A DNA stretch of 64,000 bases from the human T2T-CHM13v2.0 reference genome, Homo sapiens, in the NCBI RefSeq assembly GCF_009914755.1, contig NC_060925.1, one strand, 5' to 3'. Positions 23,390 to 49,239 of this stretch are shown one piece after another (within the stretch, counting starts at the first letter, position 1; each line of letters begins with the position of its first letter). Below the pieces are notes generated by a model that ran no database searches, was not told where the DNA came from, and saw only the letters and a program-made list of their open reading frames with translations. Both the position numbers and the translations under genes were made by a program.

Positions 23390-23497
23390 TTCTAGGGTGT
23401 GTTTTCCAAACTGTGGTCCCCAGACCACTTGATTCAGAATCATCTGAGGCACTTGTTTAAAAATGCAGATTCCAGGCTCCCATCCTAGATACTCTCA
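23390..23497. mobile_element. MER5-like DNA transposon fragment
   Basis: CAAACTGTGGTCCCCAGACC...TCAGAATCATCTG...AAAATGCAGATTCCAGGCTCC motif. Confidence 0.7.
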
Positions 23498-23702
23498 TTT
23501 GACAAGTGAGTTGGTTTGCTGCTTGCTGTAGTTAGGACTTCTGGTCTTTCTGTTTTCCTCTTGAAATGTAATTTCTGAGACCATCACTACCAGAGGGAGA
23601 GATGATGGTTCGTAGTGCTGAGAATCAATCTGCCCCTTTAATTGGAAATATTTATCCCAAAAAGCAATCCTGAGACAGGCCAATTCTGTTCCCTCATTCA
23701 TT

Positions 23703-23735
<33 letters not shown>

Positions 23736-24268
23736 AGACAGTCTCGCTCTGTTGCCCAGGCTGGAGTGCAGTGGCTCAATCTCGGCTCACTGTAACATCC
23801 ACCTCCTGGGTTCCAGCGACCTCAAGCAGCTGGGACTACAGGTGCGTGCCACCAAGTTTGGCTAATATTTGTATTTTTAGTAGAGATGGGGGTCTCACCA
23901 TATTGGCCAGGCTGGCCTGAAACTCCCGGCCTCAAGTTATCCTTCTGCCTTAGCCTCCCAAAGTGCTGGGATTACAGGCGTGAGCCACCGCACCCGGCCT
24001 CAAGGCCTGTCAGGAGCTATGAAGGATCTCCCTAGACCTGAACATGGGAGGATGTGGGGCTGAGGCTTCTGTAGTCACTGTGCCCCAGAGAGGAGAGAGC
24101 CTGAGAATGGAGCCTGCACAGAAGTACAGCTAAAACAGGGGGAGAGAGAAATCAGACTCCATGACATCTTTGACCTCAGATGAAGCCGTGTCTTCAGACA
24201 GATCTGAGCCTTCTCAGTTCCAAGGCTTAATAAATTACCTTTTTCTTTTCTTTTTTTTTTTTTTTTGA

Positions 24269-24376
<108 letters not shown>

Positions 24377-24628
24377 TAGCTGGGACTACAGGCGCCCGCC
24401 ACTACGCCCGGCTAATGTTTTGTATTTTTAGTAGAGACGGAGTTTCACTGTGTTAGCCAAGATGGTCTTGATCTCCTGACCTTGTGATCCACCCACCTCG
24501 GCCTCCCAAAGTGCTGGGATTATAGGCGTGAGCCACTGCGCCCAGTCAAATTATCTTTTTCTTTATGCAGCTTGCACTGGGTTATGAAAGTTTAATTTCT
24601 GAGTGAAACATTAAATGGCAAAAGTTAA

Positions 24629-24942
<314 letters not shown>

Positions 24943-24974
24943 TAGGTGTGAGCCACCACACCCAGCCATAATTT

Positions 24975-26208
<1,234 letters not shown>

Positions 26209-26517
26209 TCATTCATTTATTAGTCAACAAATATTTATTTGAGTGTCTACTATGTGCCAGGCACTACAGATACAATACATTGGTGAACAAGAGTGCTGTT
26301 CTTGTAGAGTGTAGCAGAGGACAATATTAATCAAATAATTACACTAATAAATATATGATTACAAATTAGGAAATGCTCTAAAAGAAAAGAAACACAGGCC
26401 GGGTGCGGCGGCTCATTCCTGTAATCCCAGGACTTTGGGAGGCCAAGGCGGGCGGATCACCTGAGGTTGGGAGTTGGAGACCAGCCTGACCAACACGGAG
26501 AAACCCTGTCTCTACTA

Positions 26518-26676
<159 letters not shown>

Positions 26677-27089
26677 TCAAAAAAAAAAAAGAAAGAAAGA
26701 AAGAAAAGAAACACAGGAAAATGCAACACTCTAGGGTAATATACTGGGGGTAATATGACCCTTGCAACTGCTCTTTGTGGATTTCTCTACATGCCTTAAA
26801 GTCTGGAGTGATTCACTTTTCATATTTTCTGTTCTGTGTAATTTATCCTCCCTGTGAGAGGAAGAGAGAATGGAAGGAGAATCAATTCCTGCTCTTTAAA
26901 AGTTTCAGTGAAGGAACTACAAAATATTTTCAAATTATAAACTAATATAAGCACATTATAAGAAAACTGGAGCAGGGCGCAGTGGCTCACGCCTGTAATC
27001 CCAGCACTTCGGGAGTCCGAGGCAGGCGGATCACAAGGTCAGGAGATCGAGACTATCATGGCTAACATGGTGAAACACTGTCTCTACTA

Positions 27090-27290
<201 letters not shown>

Positions 27291-28608
27291 TCACAGCTGT
27301 CATCCCAGCACCTTGGGAGGCTGGGGCAGGAGGATTGCTTGAGCCCAGGAGTTCAAGACCAGCCTGGGCAACAGGGAGACCTTGTCTCTACAAAAGTCAA
27401 AAACTTAGCTAGGCATGGTGGCGTGTACCTGAAGTCCTGGCTACCTGGGAGGCTGAGGTGGGACATCCCTTGAGCCCAAGAGTTCAAGCCTTCTGTAAGC
27501 CATCATAGTGCCACTGCACTCCAGCCTGGGTGACAGAGTAAGACCTTGTCTCAAGAAAAAAGAAAAAATTGGAAAATAGAGAAAAGAAAAAAATAGTCAA
27601 GATTCCAAAATCTTAATAATTACTTTGTCTCTTTATTTTTTTATTTTTTATATTTATTTACTTATTTTTATAAATAGAGACAGGGTGTTGCTCTATTGAC
27701 CATGGTCTCGAACTCCTGGTCTCAAGCTATCCTCCTGCCTCAGCTTCCCAAAATACTGGGATTACAGGCATGAGCCACCGTGCCTGGGCCCATTTTGTCT
27801 TCTGAGCTTATCTCTTGTGCATATTTTTCTTGATACATCACTCAGAATCAATGTAGAAAATATGTAAAATAAAGTTCAAGTCATAGAAATAGGGGGAAAT
27901 CCACTCAGAGGCAAGCATTGCTAATTTTGGCACATCTTCCAATTTGTTTTAACTTATGATTGCAATCATGGTATGTATATCATTTTGTATATTACTTTTT
28001 TCTAGATGACTGTCTTAAAAATAACAACATCATCATATCACAATGATGGTAAGATTATCTTGGCACTCAGCATACTTTTGGCTACAATTAACAGGAAACC
28101 CATTTCAAGTTGGCTTAAACATTAAGAAAATGCATCAGCTAACCTAACTGGAAGTCCAAAGGTGGGGTAGCCTTCCAAGTTGACTTCTGCAAAAGGTCAC
28201 TAATACTGTCAAGGACTCAGATTCTTTCCGTGGGTCCCCCCTGACATTCAATGTCAGCTTCATCCTGTGGCTTTCATCTGATGAACCACTCCCAAGGTTT
28301 CTTGCTTCCTCATTCACCGCCAGGTGGAAAGAGGAGATGGCTCAGGACCTTTCCCAGAAAAATAAGAGAGCCTTATTCCCAGAATAAATTCTGAAAAGCC
28401 TCTAGCAATCCTCTCGTCTGTTTTTCCTGATCCAAAATGTAACATGGTCATTTCTGAACCAAACATTGACAAGGAGGATGGAATTTTCTTTAGATCACTT
28501 AGGACTGTCCTGGAGCTGGGCACGGGAAAAAGGTGAATTCTTGAATGAAATGTCAGTTTTTCTGGAAGGAGGAATAGATGCTGGGCGGGCAGCCAACCAA
28601 GAGCACTG

Positions 28609-28917
28609 CAGTAGTCCACCCTACCCTAATCCTGGGTTTTGTTTTCTGCAGTTTCACTTACCCACAGTACAACACAATAAAATACTCTATTTTGAGAGAG
28701 ACCACAGTCATGTAACTTTTATTACAGTGTATTTTTATAATTGTTCTATTTTATTAGACTGTTGATAATCTCTTACTGAATCTAATTTATAAATTTAACG
28801 TTATTATAGATACATGTGTATAGGAAAAAGTATACATAGGGTTCGATACTATCCATGATTTCAGGCATCCTCTGGGGATCTATGAATGTATCCCTTGTGG
28901 ATAACCGGGAGCTACTG
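28609..28917. mobile_element. MER44A-like TcMar-Tigger MITE
   Basis: Degenerate TIRs CAGTAGTCC.../...GGAGCTACTG; internal GAGAGAGACCACA..TAACTTTTATTACAG motif. Confidence 0.75.
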
Positions 28918-29496
28918 TGCCTTGTATTTTTGTTTGTTTGTTTTTTTGTTTTCGTTTTTGTTTTTGAGATGGAGTTTTGCTCTTGCTGCCCAGGCGGGTG
29001 TGCAATGGCGTGATCTCAGCTCACTCCCAGGTTTAAGCAATTCTTCTGCCTCAGCCTCCCGAGTAGCTGGGAATACAGGCATTGCACCACCACGCCCAGC
29101 TAATTTTGTATTTTTGGTAGAGAAGGGGTTTCACCAGGGTCAGGCTGGTCTCGAACTCCTGACCTCGTGATCCACCCACCTCGGCCTCCCAAAGTGCTGG
29201 GATTACAAGCGTGAGCCACCGCGCCCAGCCACTGTACCTTGTTTTCTATAGACCTCTCACTCCAAGGTGCTTTTTCATGTGATCTCCTTATAACAAACTC
29301 CCAGAAAAGAGTTGCCCACTATCAGCTGGGCACGGTGGCTCATGCCTGTAATCCCAGCACTTTGGAAGGCCGAGGCAGGTGGATCACGAGGTCAGGAGTT
29401 TGAGACCAGCCTGACCAACATGGTGAAACCCCGTCTCTACTAAAAATACAAAAATTAGCCGGGCGTGGTGGCACACCCTGTAATCCCAACTACTCA

Positions 29497-29634
<138 letters not shown>

Positions 29635-29973
29635 CTAGTAAGGGCCTCCAGTACTGCTCTCATCCATCCCCCATACCTTGTGGTCTGAAAAGGCAAACAG
29701 CCTGGGCTTTTCTTTGAATACTTCAAGAGCAATGTAAGTTTACACATAGGGCATCATTTTTCAGAAAGCTGAGAAAATATCGATTCTTAACTAGTATAAC
29801 TTTTACGAGACGGCAAACTGGTGAACATCCCAATTGCCTAACACTGTCTATACTAGGGTCAATACCACCTTCTGGACACCTCTAAGAAATGCTCAAAACT
29901 CTGTTTGGCCTTCAGGAAACAAAGTCCTAAAGGAAGTCCTAAGGCTCAACAGGCCCAGGATTAGATGCGCTAA

Positions 29974-30360
<387 letters not shown>

Positions 30361-30704
30361 TAAATCTCAATCTAATTGAAAGCCTCTGACAGGGCCATAA
30401 GGAGAAAAACTCATTTTCTTTCTTCTTATTTACATTTTGAGACAGGGTCTTGCTCTGTTGCCCAGTCCGGAGTGCAGTGACATGGTTCACTGCAGCCTTA
30501 GCCTCCTGGGCTTGGTTAATCCTCACACCTCACCCTCCCAAGTAGCTGAGTAGCTGGCATCACAGGCATGCACCACCACGACACACGTGCTACCACACCT
30601 GGCTAACTTAAAAAAATTTTCTGTGGAGACAGGCTGGTTGGAACTCCTGTGCTCAAGCAATCCTCTTGCCTCGGCCTCCCAAAGTGCTGGGATTACAGGC
30701 GTGA

Positions 30705-30944
<240 letters not shown>

Positions 30945-32022
30945 TAAATTTTTGTAGAGATGGGGGTCTTGCTATGTTGCCTATGCTAGTCTTGAACTTC
31001 TGGCTTCAAGTGACCGTACCACTTCAGCATTCCAAAGTGCTGAGTTTACAGGCATGAGCCACCACACCCGGATGAAACTGGATATTTTCATGATTTACAT
31101 TCACTCACATCAAATCAGCTTCTTCTCAGGCTTTTTTCCAAGTTAACATTTAGTTATTGTTTACCAAGCAGTTGAAATTGCTATGTGTCCCTTACTCCTT
31201 CTCATTCTCCCACCATTCAATCCAAATCTGTGTCAGATTTTGCACGTTAGAATTAGAGGTGCCCACTGAAAAGAACTGAGACTCTAAGAACTGTGAGCTT
31301 TTTTTTAAATTCACTGTTGAATTCCCAATGCCAACACATTGCTTGGCATGCAGCGGATACCCAAGAAAGGCAGGCAGGCAGGGAACAAAATATTGTCTGG
31401 GAAGCAGACTTAAAGCAAACCTGAAAAGGCTGTCTCTTCTTCCTACTTATTCTGAGTTGGAGTTTCAAAAGAAGTTTGGTATAATGATCGGTTTTGGTTT
31501 TGTGTTTTTTGATGATGGTGGTAGGTGTGTGTTAGTTGCAACTAGACCCATGTATTTCTCTTCGGGAGTCTAAGGACATGAAAATAAGAGTGTCCAGAAT
31601 GTTTTGGGTGGGAATGCACAATTTAATTCTCTGGCTGACTAGATTGATGTACATGCCTTCCTGGGCAGCAGAGATTTTATGTTGGATTGCAGTGTATTGA
31701 GCACTTGGACCCATCCTCATAAAAGCCATACATTTCTCTGCCTCTGCCCCCTCACCTGCACACTCCTCTGCCAGGAAACTAGGGAAAGCATTTTGTGGGA
31801 GATGTTTTGGAGCTAAAGTTTTTCTTCTGGCTCAGAGAAAACTGCAATAAACTCTGGCAATAACTAGCTCCAGGAAGGGCAGGAAATGACACATGTCCCC
31901 ACTGCAGCAGCTTTTGTTCAAAAAACTGAGTGACTTCATGATATGATCACGTGTGCTGTGGAATGTATGCACTGAACCAAAAGCTGCTCATCATGAGTTT
32001 TTTTTTAAGCAAACATTATTAG

Positions 32023-32313
<291 letters not shown>

Positions 32314-32527
32314 TGATCTGTCCACCTCAGCCTTCCAAATTGCTGGGATTACAGGCGTGAGCCCTGTGCCTGGCATATGTTTAAAAGTTGATTGGACAGC
32401 TTTGTACAGTGACAGGATTATAGCCAATGAGGCATGATTATTGCTAATTGAAAACTTTTCCCAATACCCTGGCATTGGCAATTTTTGACAATCTCTATGG
32501 AGACTGAACTTAAAAAACAAAAGTTGA

Positions 32528-32887
<360 letters not shown>

Positions 32888-32958
32888 TAGGAGTCTACTA
32901 CATTTACTAATTCCTTCCTTTTTGAATTCCTATAACATTTCCAGTTTGAAGCATATGA

Positions 32959-33228
<270 letters not shown>

Positions 33229-33338
33229 TGACCTCGTGATCCACCTACCTCAGCCTCCCAAAGTGCTGGGATTACAGGCGTGAGCCACCGCACCTGGCTA
33301 CATATATAAATTTTATCTAAGCTCCAGAGCAGGAATAA

Positions 33339-33722
<384 letters not shown>

Positions 33723-33895
33723 TGAATCCTTCACAGCTCTTTAAAACAGTGCTTAATACATGGAAGAGGCTTATAAATACTTCACCTGAAATTCCATTAC
33801 TTATTCTAACAGAGGTTACATTAGAAAATGGAATGCCATTAAGTATGAGTAATTTAATCAAAGAGGGGAACAATTTTTTTTTTTTTTTGAGATAG

Positions 33896-34003
<108 letters not shown>

Positions 34004-34365
34004 TAGCTGGGATTACAGGCGCCCACCACCACGCCCAGCTAATTTTTGTATCTTTAGTAGAGACAGGGTTTCACCATCTTGGCCAGGCTGGTCTTGAACT
34101 CCTGACCTCGTGATCCACCTGTCTTGGCCTCTCAAAGTACTGGGATTACAGGCATGAGCCACTGTGCCCGACCAGGGGAATGATTTTTTAAATCAAGTGA
34201 AGAAAAAAAAAAAAAAGAGACGGAAAGAAAAATGGAATGCCACTCCTCCAGTACCTGTTTCTAGTGGACACTGACAGTTACTGACCATTCAAAAATGTTA
34301 AATAGGCAGGGTGCAGTGCTCACACCTGCAATCCCAGCACTTTGGAGGCCAAGGCGGGCAGATCA

Positions 34366-34581
<216 letters not shown>

Positions 34582-34873
34582 TCAAAAAAAAAAAAAAACT
34601 TAAATAATAATGAGGACATAAAAATCCACTCTTGGGCCAGGTGAGGTGGCTCAAGCCTGTAATCCCAGCACTTTGGAAGGCTGAGGCAGGAGGATTGCTT
34701 GAGGCCAGGAGTTTGAGACCCGCCTCTACAAAATATGTAAAAATTTGGCACGGCATGGTGGCATGTGCCCGTAGTCCCAGCTACTGAAGAGGCTGACGCA
34801 GGAGGATCTTTCACTTAAACCCAGGAGTTCAAGGTTACAGTGAGCCATGATCACACCACCACACTCCAGCCTA

Positions 34874-35020
<147 letters not shown>

Positions 35021-35364
35021 CTAATAAAAATACAAAAATTACCTGGTCGTGGTAGTGCGCACCTGTAATCCCAGCTACTCAGGAGGCTGAGATGGGAGAA
35101 TCACTTGAACCTGGGGGGCAGGGGCTGCAGTGAGCCCAGATCACACCACTGCACTCCAGCCTGAGTGATAAGAGTAAGACTCTGTCTCAAAACAAAAAAA
35201 TCCATTTGTTTAACGTTCAAATTAGGTCCTCTCTACCAACACTGGTGGCCATTTACAGTAATGGAGATTAAATGACCTTCAGGTAAAAAGTTATCATTCT
35301 TGGCTGGGTGCGGTGGCTCACACCTGTAATCCCAGCACTTTGGGAGGCTGAGGCGGGTGGATCA

Positions 35365-35624
<260 letters not shown>

Positions 35625-35919
35625 TTAGTGTATTTACTTATAACAACTTTAAGTAACCCTTGATCAGGTAGCAAATGTGCTGTCATTTTCCATATGTGTT
35701 TTTCCTGTCTCCTCCCAAGAGGTAATCTCTTCAAATGAAGGGGGATTCCATGGCATGCTCCCTAGCACTTGACATGGGTGTCTTGTTCATGGTGGGCACT
35801 CAAATTTTTTGAATTCATATTTTCCAGAATATCACATCTCATGGTTATGTTTTTCTGAAAACAACTCTTTTGCAATGATTCCAAAAACTCTACCCACTGA
35901 TAGGGAAGCAAAGGAAAGC

Positions 35920-36605
35920 CCAAGTTGTTTAAAAGTTTTGTATTATGTCATACAAACTGTCTTCACATACAAGTGCATTAAAAAAATTATCCCCCCCTCC
36001 TCCTCCCCAAACATCACAGTAGACCAATTCTTGCTAATATATGACAAAGTTAAAACATATGTCCCCTCTGAATTCTAAACAGCTAATTCTAGACACTAAC
36101 ATCTGGATCTTATAATTTACCGGTCTGGTATGGACATGAACAGTTCCAGTGCCTTTCAACTTATCCCTGAATTTTTCTCTTCTCAAAGTTCTAGGCAGTA
36201 ATTTTAATGCCCTCAAATTAGATAAAGCTGATTACTTAGAGCTTATAAATTAGCTACACTTTATGACACTAAGAATAGAGCTATGACTTATGCATATCAT
36301 ACCTGTCAAGCTACCTAGCACCACGAATAGAACTAATATTAATGGATGGACTAATACAAGGATCTAATATATGACAGTGATAGTCTTAAAAACACCGATT
36401 TGTTATTTTCCTTATATATAATCCAAATTCCTTTCTATCCTTCTGGCAATGTTTCTACTGCCTGACTACCTTAAATAACTATATAGTGTCAATTTCTTGC
36501 TTGGGCCAGGTGGTGGCTCATGCCTGTAATCCCAGCATATTGGGAGGATTGCTTGAGCCTAGGAGTTCGAGATCAGCCTGGGCAACATAGTGAAACCTCA
36601 TCTCT

Positions 36606-36670
<65 letters not shown>

Positions 36671-38517
36671 CTATCTCTTAATGTTAATAACAATTCCCTA
36701 GGTCACTAGTAATAAGAAGCTATGGGCTTTAAACTTAAAAGGTGCTAAACCAGTTTAAATGTAAAACATTCTCATAATAGAATTGCACTGTATTTCTTTT
36801 CTACTTTGATGCTTTTCCAAAGTGCTATAGTTCCTGTGAGATTTGTGTCCTGCACAGAATCAAATGCTAGGTCTTTCACTTTTGGATGGCTGAGTACCAT
36901 AAAACATGATTTATTTGGTAACAAAAATGTTTCCAGGAGTTTAAAAAGGGACCACTACTCAGAGCTAAAAAAGTTCTAACAGTCACTTTTTAAAAAAGCT
37001 AGTTTATCATTTGTTTATAAAGAAAAACACAACTCTGTCCTACTTCCTCTAATAAAAATGGAAAATATTAAGATGAGCTGTGTGCTTATAAAGAGGTGCT
37101 ACACAAGTCATCTTACGTTTCTAGTCAACACAAACATTGCTTCAGTGACACTTAATATTCAATACATGATGCATTACTCTTAGCATTTTTGCATTTACTC
37201 TCCGCATATAACAAGGTCAGATATCAAAACAGTCCTGATCTTAGACAACTCACTACCAATATTTAAAGCTGTTTCCTCCTAGGACTACAGTTCCTAAACT
37301 ATGCACAGGGAGCAAAGTGGTATTCCCTTAGGATAAACTTGGTCAAGGCTCAGATAACCCTGAGATGAACTTAGCAAAGTCCTTGTAAAGAAATCTTCAG
37401 ATGGGAAACTCCACCTATGTGAATTTTAAAGCTTTAAGACTGACCCATTCAACAGAAATAGCAGATTTTCTCAGAGCACTGAGTCTAGTGATTGTCCACG
37501 TCAAGGAGGCACACACACAATTTTACCCACACCCCTGATGTCTCTTCTGTATGGAAAATGCAATCAGTGATGAAGGGCCGAAAAAACATCTTGCCAGCTG
37601 TAGCTCTTTTACAGAGCACAAAGTGGGAGGAAGCAATGAATATAAATGTGTTGGTGTGTGCGTCTGTGGGGAAAAAATAAACCTGTACAAGGCAATGGCT
37701 GATCCAACTATGAATTTTGATTAAACACGTTTAGTAATACAGTTATGATTCCCAAAATGTCTACCTTTGAAGGTAAAAAAAAAAAGAAAACCCTGAAATG
37801 AAGAGTAAAATAAGGTTCCCAGGAGAAACCTTCATCACATTTTATGCTTCTGGCTGTTCTCACTTATCCCGGTGAATTTGGGCCAAATGTGTACTTCTTA
37901 GAAAAGCGAAGCTTGTACTGAGAATACTGTTCTGAACCTACCTTTTTAAGTCCCTGCAAACATATAGCCCAACTTTCCCAAATCTCACCACTCCATAGTC
38001 TGCAACAGGTGTCAGCCTCACAGGTATCTGCTGAAATTTGGCACTGATCTCATTAGCCCCAATTTCCCTACATGATTTTTGTTCTGTCTCTAGGAAGCAT
38101 AGTGTGAATAGAAGAGACTGAGGTCTTTCTCTGGGATAGTCCCAGGAAATTGAAATTAAAGGATAATGTGGAGTGCAGAGCCAAAAACTTCCCTTGTGAA
38201 CTTAGTCAAACACACATGGTATACATATTCTCCTGGGTATAAACAAATTTACATTAATTAATAGCGCAACAGAACCCAAAACATTGGTAGAACAAATTCT
38301 AATGTGACAATTTAAAAGCAGACAGTGCTCCACTGGGTTAATAAATCATACTTAACTAAGAGACAATACTTTAAATACCACATCATTAAAAACTCCTAGT
38401 AGGCATGTCCCTCTTATCAGTTAAGTGAAAGAGCAAGCACCATACTCAGTACTGCAGGTTACTGGACTGCTTTGATACAGCACTGCAGTTCACAGATAAA
38501 CACTTCACATCTTCTCT
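35920..38517 (-). other. RIT1: RIT1 3'UTR (long form, distal end approximate)
   Basis: Follows the RIT1 stop; mostly unique AT-rich sequence. Minus-strand signals: AATAAA 36910-36915, ATTAAA 36203-36208, variant AATACA 35939-35944. Confidence 0.6.
36503..36675 (+). mobile_element. FLAM/Alu left monomer with A~33-(TA)n tail in RIT1 3'UTR
   Basis: Alu monomer motifs followed by a long A run and TA repeat. Confidence 0.85.
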
Positions 38518-38748
38518 TCAAGTTACTGAATCTTTCTTCTTCCGGAATGGTGATTTTAGCCTCTTCCATACACTGTTTTTGGGCTTAGATTTTTTCTCCA
38601 TGGCCAGTACTGCCTCCTTTTCTTTCCTACGTATCTCCCGTACAAGGGCATGGAAAACATCATCAATATAGTAGCGGTATGCAGCAGATGTCTCAAAAAA
38701 GGGACAGCTGAATTCTCGGGCCAAGGCCAATCCTTCTTCCTTGGTGAC
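38518..38748 (-). CDS. RIT1: RIT1 exon 6 coding part (G5 ETSA motif, polybasic tail, no CAAX)
   Basis: Acceptor ccttaaAG; encodes [30 protein letters not shown]...[16 protein letters not shown]; 231 nt = c.430-660. Confidence 0.98.
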   Translation of the reverse strand, partial: VTKEEGLALAREFSCPFFETSAAYRYYIDDVFHALVREIRRKEKEAVLAMEKKSKPKNSVWKRLKSPFRKKKDSVT

Positions 38749-38955
38749 CTTTAAGGGCAAAATGTGAGAAAAGATAACAGTGAAAAACAATTAAATTGTC
38801 CAAAAACCTGAATGCACCACCACCTTAACACAAAGAAAGCTTCTCAATTCTGGAGGTGTTCAAGCATACAGCACTAATTTTTGTAATTTTAGGCTAGATT
38901 ACTTCTAAGGTTTCTTATTCTGCCTTCAAATGATATGATTCTATTTCTAGTCTAC

Positions 38956-42325
<3,370 letters not shown>

Positions 42326-42441
42326 TGATTTTCTATTTTAAGGCAAAAAAATCTGTAAGCCAAGCCAAGAATCTGTAAGCCAAGAAACAAAAATGACTAA
42401 TTGTATAAGATTATAGACAGTATTTTCTTCTCTATCCTCAC

Positions 42442-42633
42442 CTGTCTTAGCTGTTTGAGGTCTGACTTGTTTCCCACAAGAACCACAGGTGTATCGTCAG
42501 TACGTCGGACTCGATAAATAAGCTGTTTAAACTCACGAACTTCATGGAAACTTCGACGATCCGTGATAGAGTAACAGATGATAAACCCTTCTCCTGCCCT
42601 CATATACTGGTCCCGCATGGCTGTAAACTCTGC
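42442..42633 (-). CDS. RIT1: RIT1 exon 5 (switch II, G4 NKSD)
   Basis: AG/GT flanks; encodes [17 protein letters not shown]...[12 protein letters not shown]; 192 nt. Confidence 0.98.
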
Positions 42634-42861
42634 CTAGAGGGAAACAAGGGTCATTATGTATTGACGCAATCTAGCCCAACTACACACACAATTAGCTATT
42701 TCTTTCAGATTAAAGAAAACGCATGTCGATTACCTGCTATCCTGAGTCAGAGTGCATGAAAAATTAAGAGAGATAAACTATTGATCTTCTCTGTGTAGGC
42801 CTTCCCCTCCCCTTTGCTAGAGTAAAAAAGCCTTTACTCATAACATTCTGGGATTTAATAC

Positions 42862-42935
42862 CTGTCCAGCTGTATCCAAAATGTCCAGATTGGCAGGCTC
42901 ATCATCAATACGGATCCTGATCTTATAAGCATCTT
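42862..42935 (-). CDS. RIT1: RIT1 exon 4 (G3 DTAGQ)
   Basis: AG/GT flanks; encodes (E)[24 protein letters not shown]; 74 nt; phase fits both neighbours. Confidence 0.97.
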
Positions 42936-43214
42936 CTACAGGAGGGAAGAAAGGTGTACTATAAAGTCATAAATGCCGGAAGAAATGCCTATTTAAAACT
43001 CATCTTACAGAGTAGTACATTGTATCCAAATTCATTAAATGCCCACATTTTCTCAGGAAGCATGCTAAATCCACTGAGATACATAAACTGAGTCTTCAAC
43101 TGAAGTTTTTTTTTCCACATAGGTGATGATGTAGTTTATTCACAGCTGAAGATTTCACCTACAATTCTAAGCTAAAAAAGGATTCTGAGAAGATGTCTTT
43201 CTTAAAAAAATTAG

Positions 43215-48070
<4,856 letters not shown>

Positions 48071-48582
48071 CAACAGACAGACATGGGAGAAGACATTACT
48101 ACGTAATGAACTTAAGGTATAAGGAAGTAAACCAAGAGCTCCAAGTGCAAGATGTCCAGGCTTGGCATGTCTGGGTTGTAAGAGTTCAGCAGCCTGGCTC
48201 TACTTGTTTCTCTGCTTCCTTTTGTGGAAGTTCAAACCAGCTGACTCACAGTTACAGAGCGAGTCTCAAGTCATACCCTTAGAGAAGTGACAGCAAGAAA
48301 AGGCTTCGTTAAGTGGCCTGTATACAACCATAAAAAAATACAACAAAGAGAGTTGTCCCATTAATGTTCAGTAAGAGACAAAGACTAAAGATGGCTTATG
48401 ACATAAAGTCTGAAAAAAAAAGAAATATTCAGTTGCTTACCAACTGCTGATACCCTTGTTTCTAAATAAATCTGAATTAGACTCCAAAAAAGCCTCAAAA
48501 TATAAATAGTTAGAAACTACTGATATTCATTAAGATATTTTTATGGGGTATATTTGGAAACATAAGTGATGATCTGGCTTAC

Positions 48583-48639
48583 CAATGGTGGGATCATGAT
48601 CTTCTGGGAATCGGTGGCTGATGAACTGCATGGTCATGG
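48583..48639 (-). CDS. RIT1: RIT1 exon 3 (switch I)
   Basis: ttttgaAG acceptor, GTaagc donor; encodes (A)MTMQFISHRFPEDHDPTI; 57 nt. Confidence 0.97.
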
Positions 48640-48788
48640 CTTCAAAAGAAGAAATAAAAGTCAAATCCTCACAAAGGTGACCCACAGAGAGAATTTTAAG
48701 TATTAACATTGCAAGATAGCAAGTATCCCATCTGGTCATTTAAGTACTTTTCATCCATGCTTCCTGTCAAATGGAAAATGTTACCTAC

Positions 48789-48894
48789 CACTCTTCCCTA
48801 CACCACCAGCACCCAGCATCACTAGTTTGTACTCCCGTGAGAGCCCAGCGGGGCTGCTACAGCAGCTACCAACTGGGCGAGTTCCAGAATCCAT
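48789..48894 (-). CDS. RIT1: RIT1 exon 2 coding part (ATG of 219-aa isoform; P-loop GAGGVGKS); whole exon 48789-48937
   Basis: ATG at 48894-48892; encodes [35 protein letters not shown]; donor GTaggt; acceptor ttttctAG at 48938-48939. Exons sum to 660 nt = 219 aa + stop. Confidence 0.98.
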
Positions 48895-49010
48895 TGTCCT
48901 CTTGGGGCCTTCCTCGGTTGCCCCGAGGAAAAGCCACCTAGAAAAGGAGGAGGAAATGCTTAATCCAGGATGGAGACACCACGGCGACAGCCCTCAAGCC
49001 AGTGCCTTAC

Positions 49011-49018
49011 CTTTCCAT
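49011..49018 (-). CDS. RIT1: RIT1 alternative first exon, coding end (ATG GAA AG); adds 17-aa N-terminal extension (236-aa isoform)
   Basis: ATGGAAAG|GTaagg donor; 8 nt plus 43 nt of exon 2 give 17 in-frame codons [17 protein letters not shown] before the main Met. Confidence 0.85.
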
Positions 49019-49239
49019 ACATATTCTGGCCTGTCCCTCTTACTCTGGCCTGTCCCTCTTGCTCACCACTGCACCCTTTCGGGTGGCCCTAAGAAACCCC
49101 CCCATCTTCACCCTCCCTCCTAGACAGTTCAGTCACATGACACATCACAGGTTTTACTTTTTCCAAAGAGAAAAATAAAAAGATACAAATAAATTTACGT
49201 CTCGGCACAGTAGGGACAAGGAGAAAGTTTTGGGAAGAA

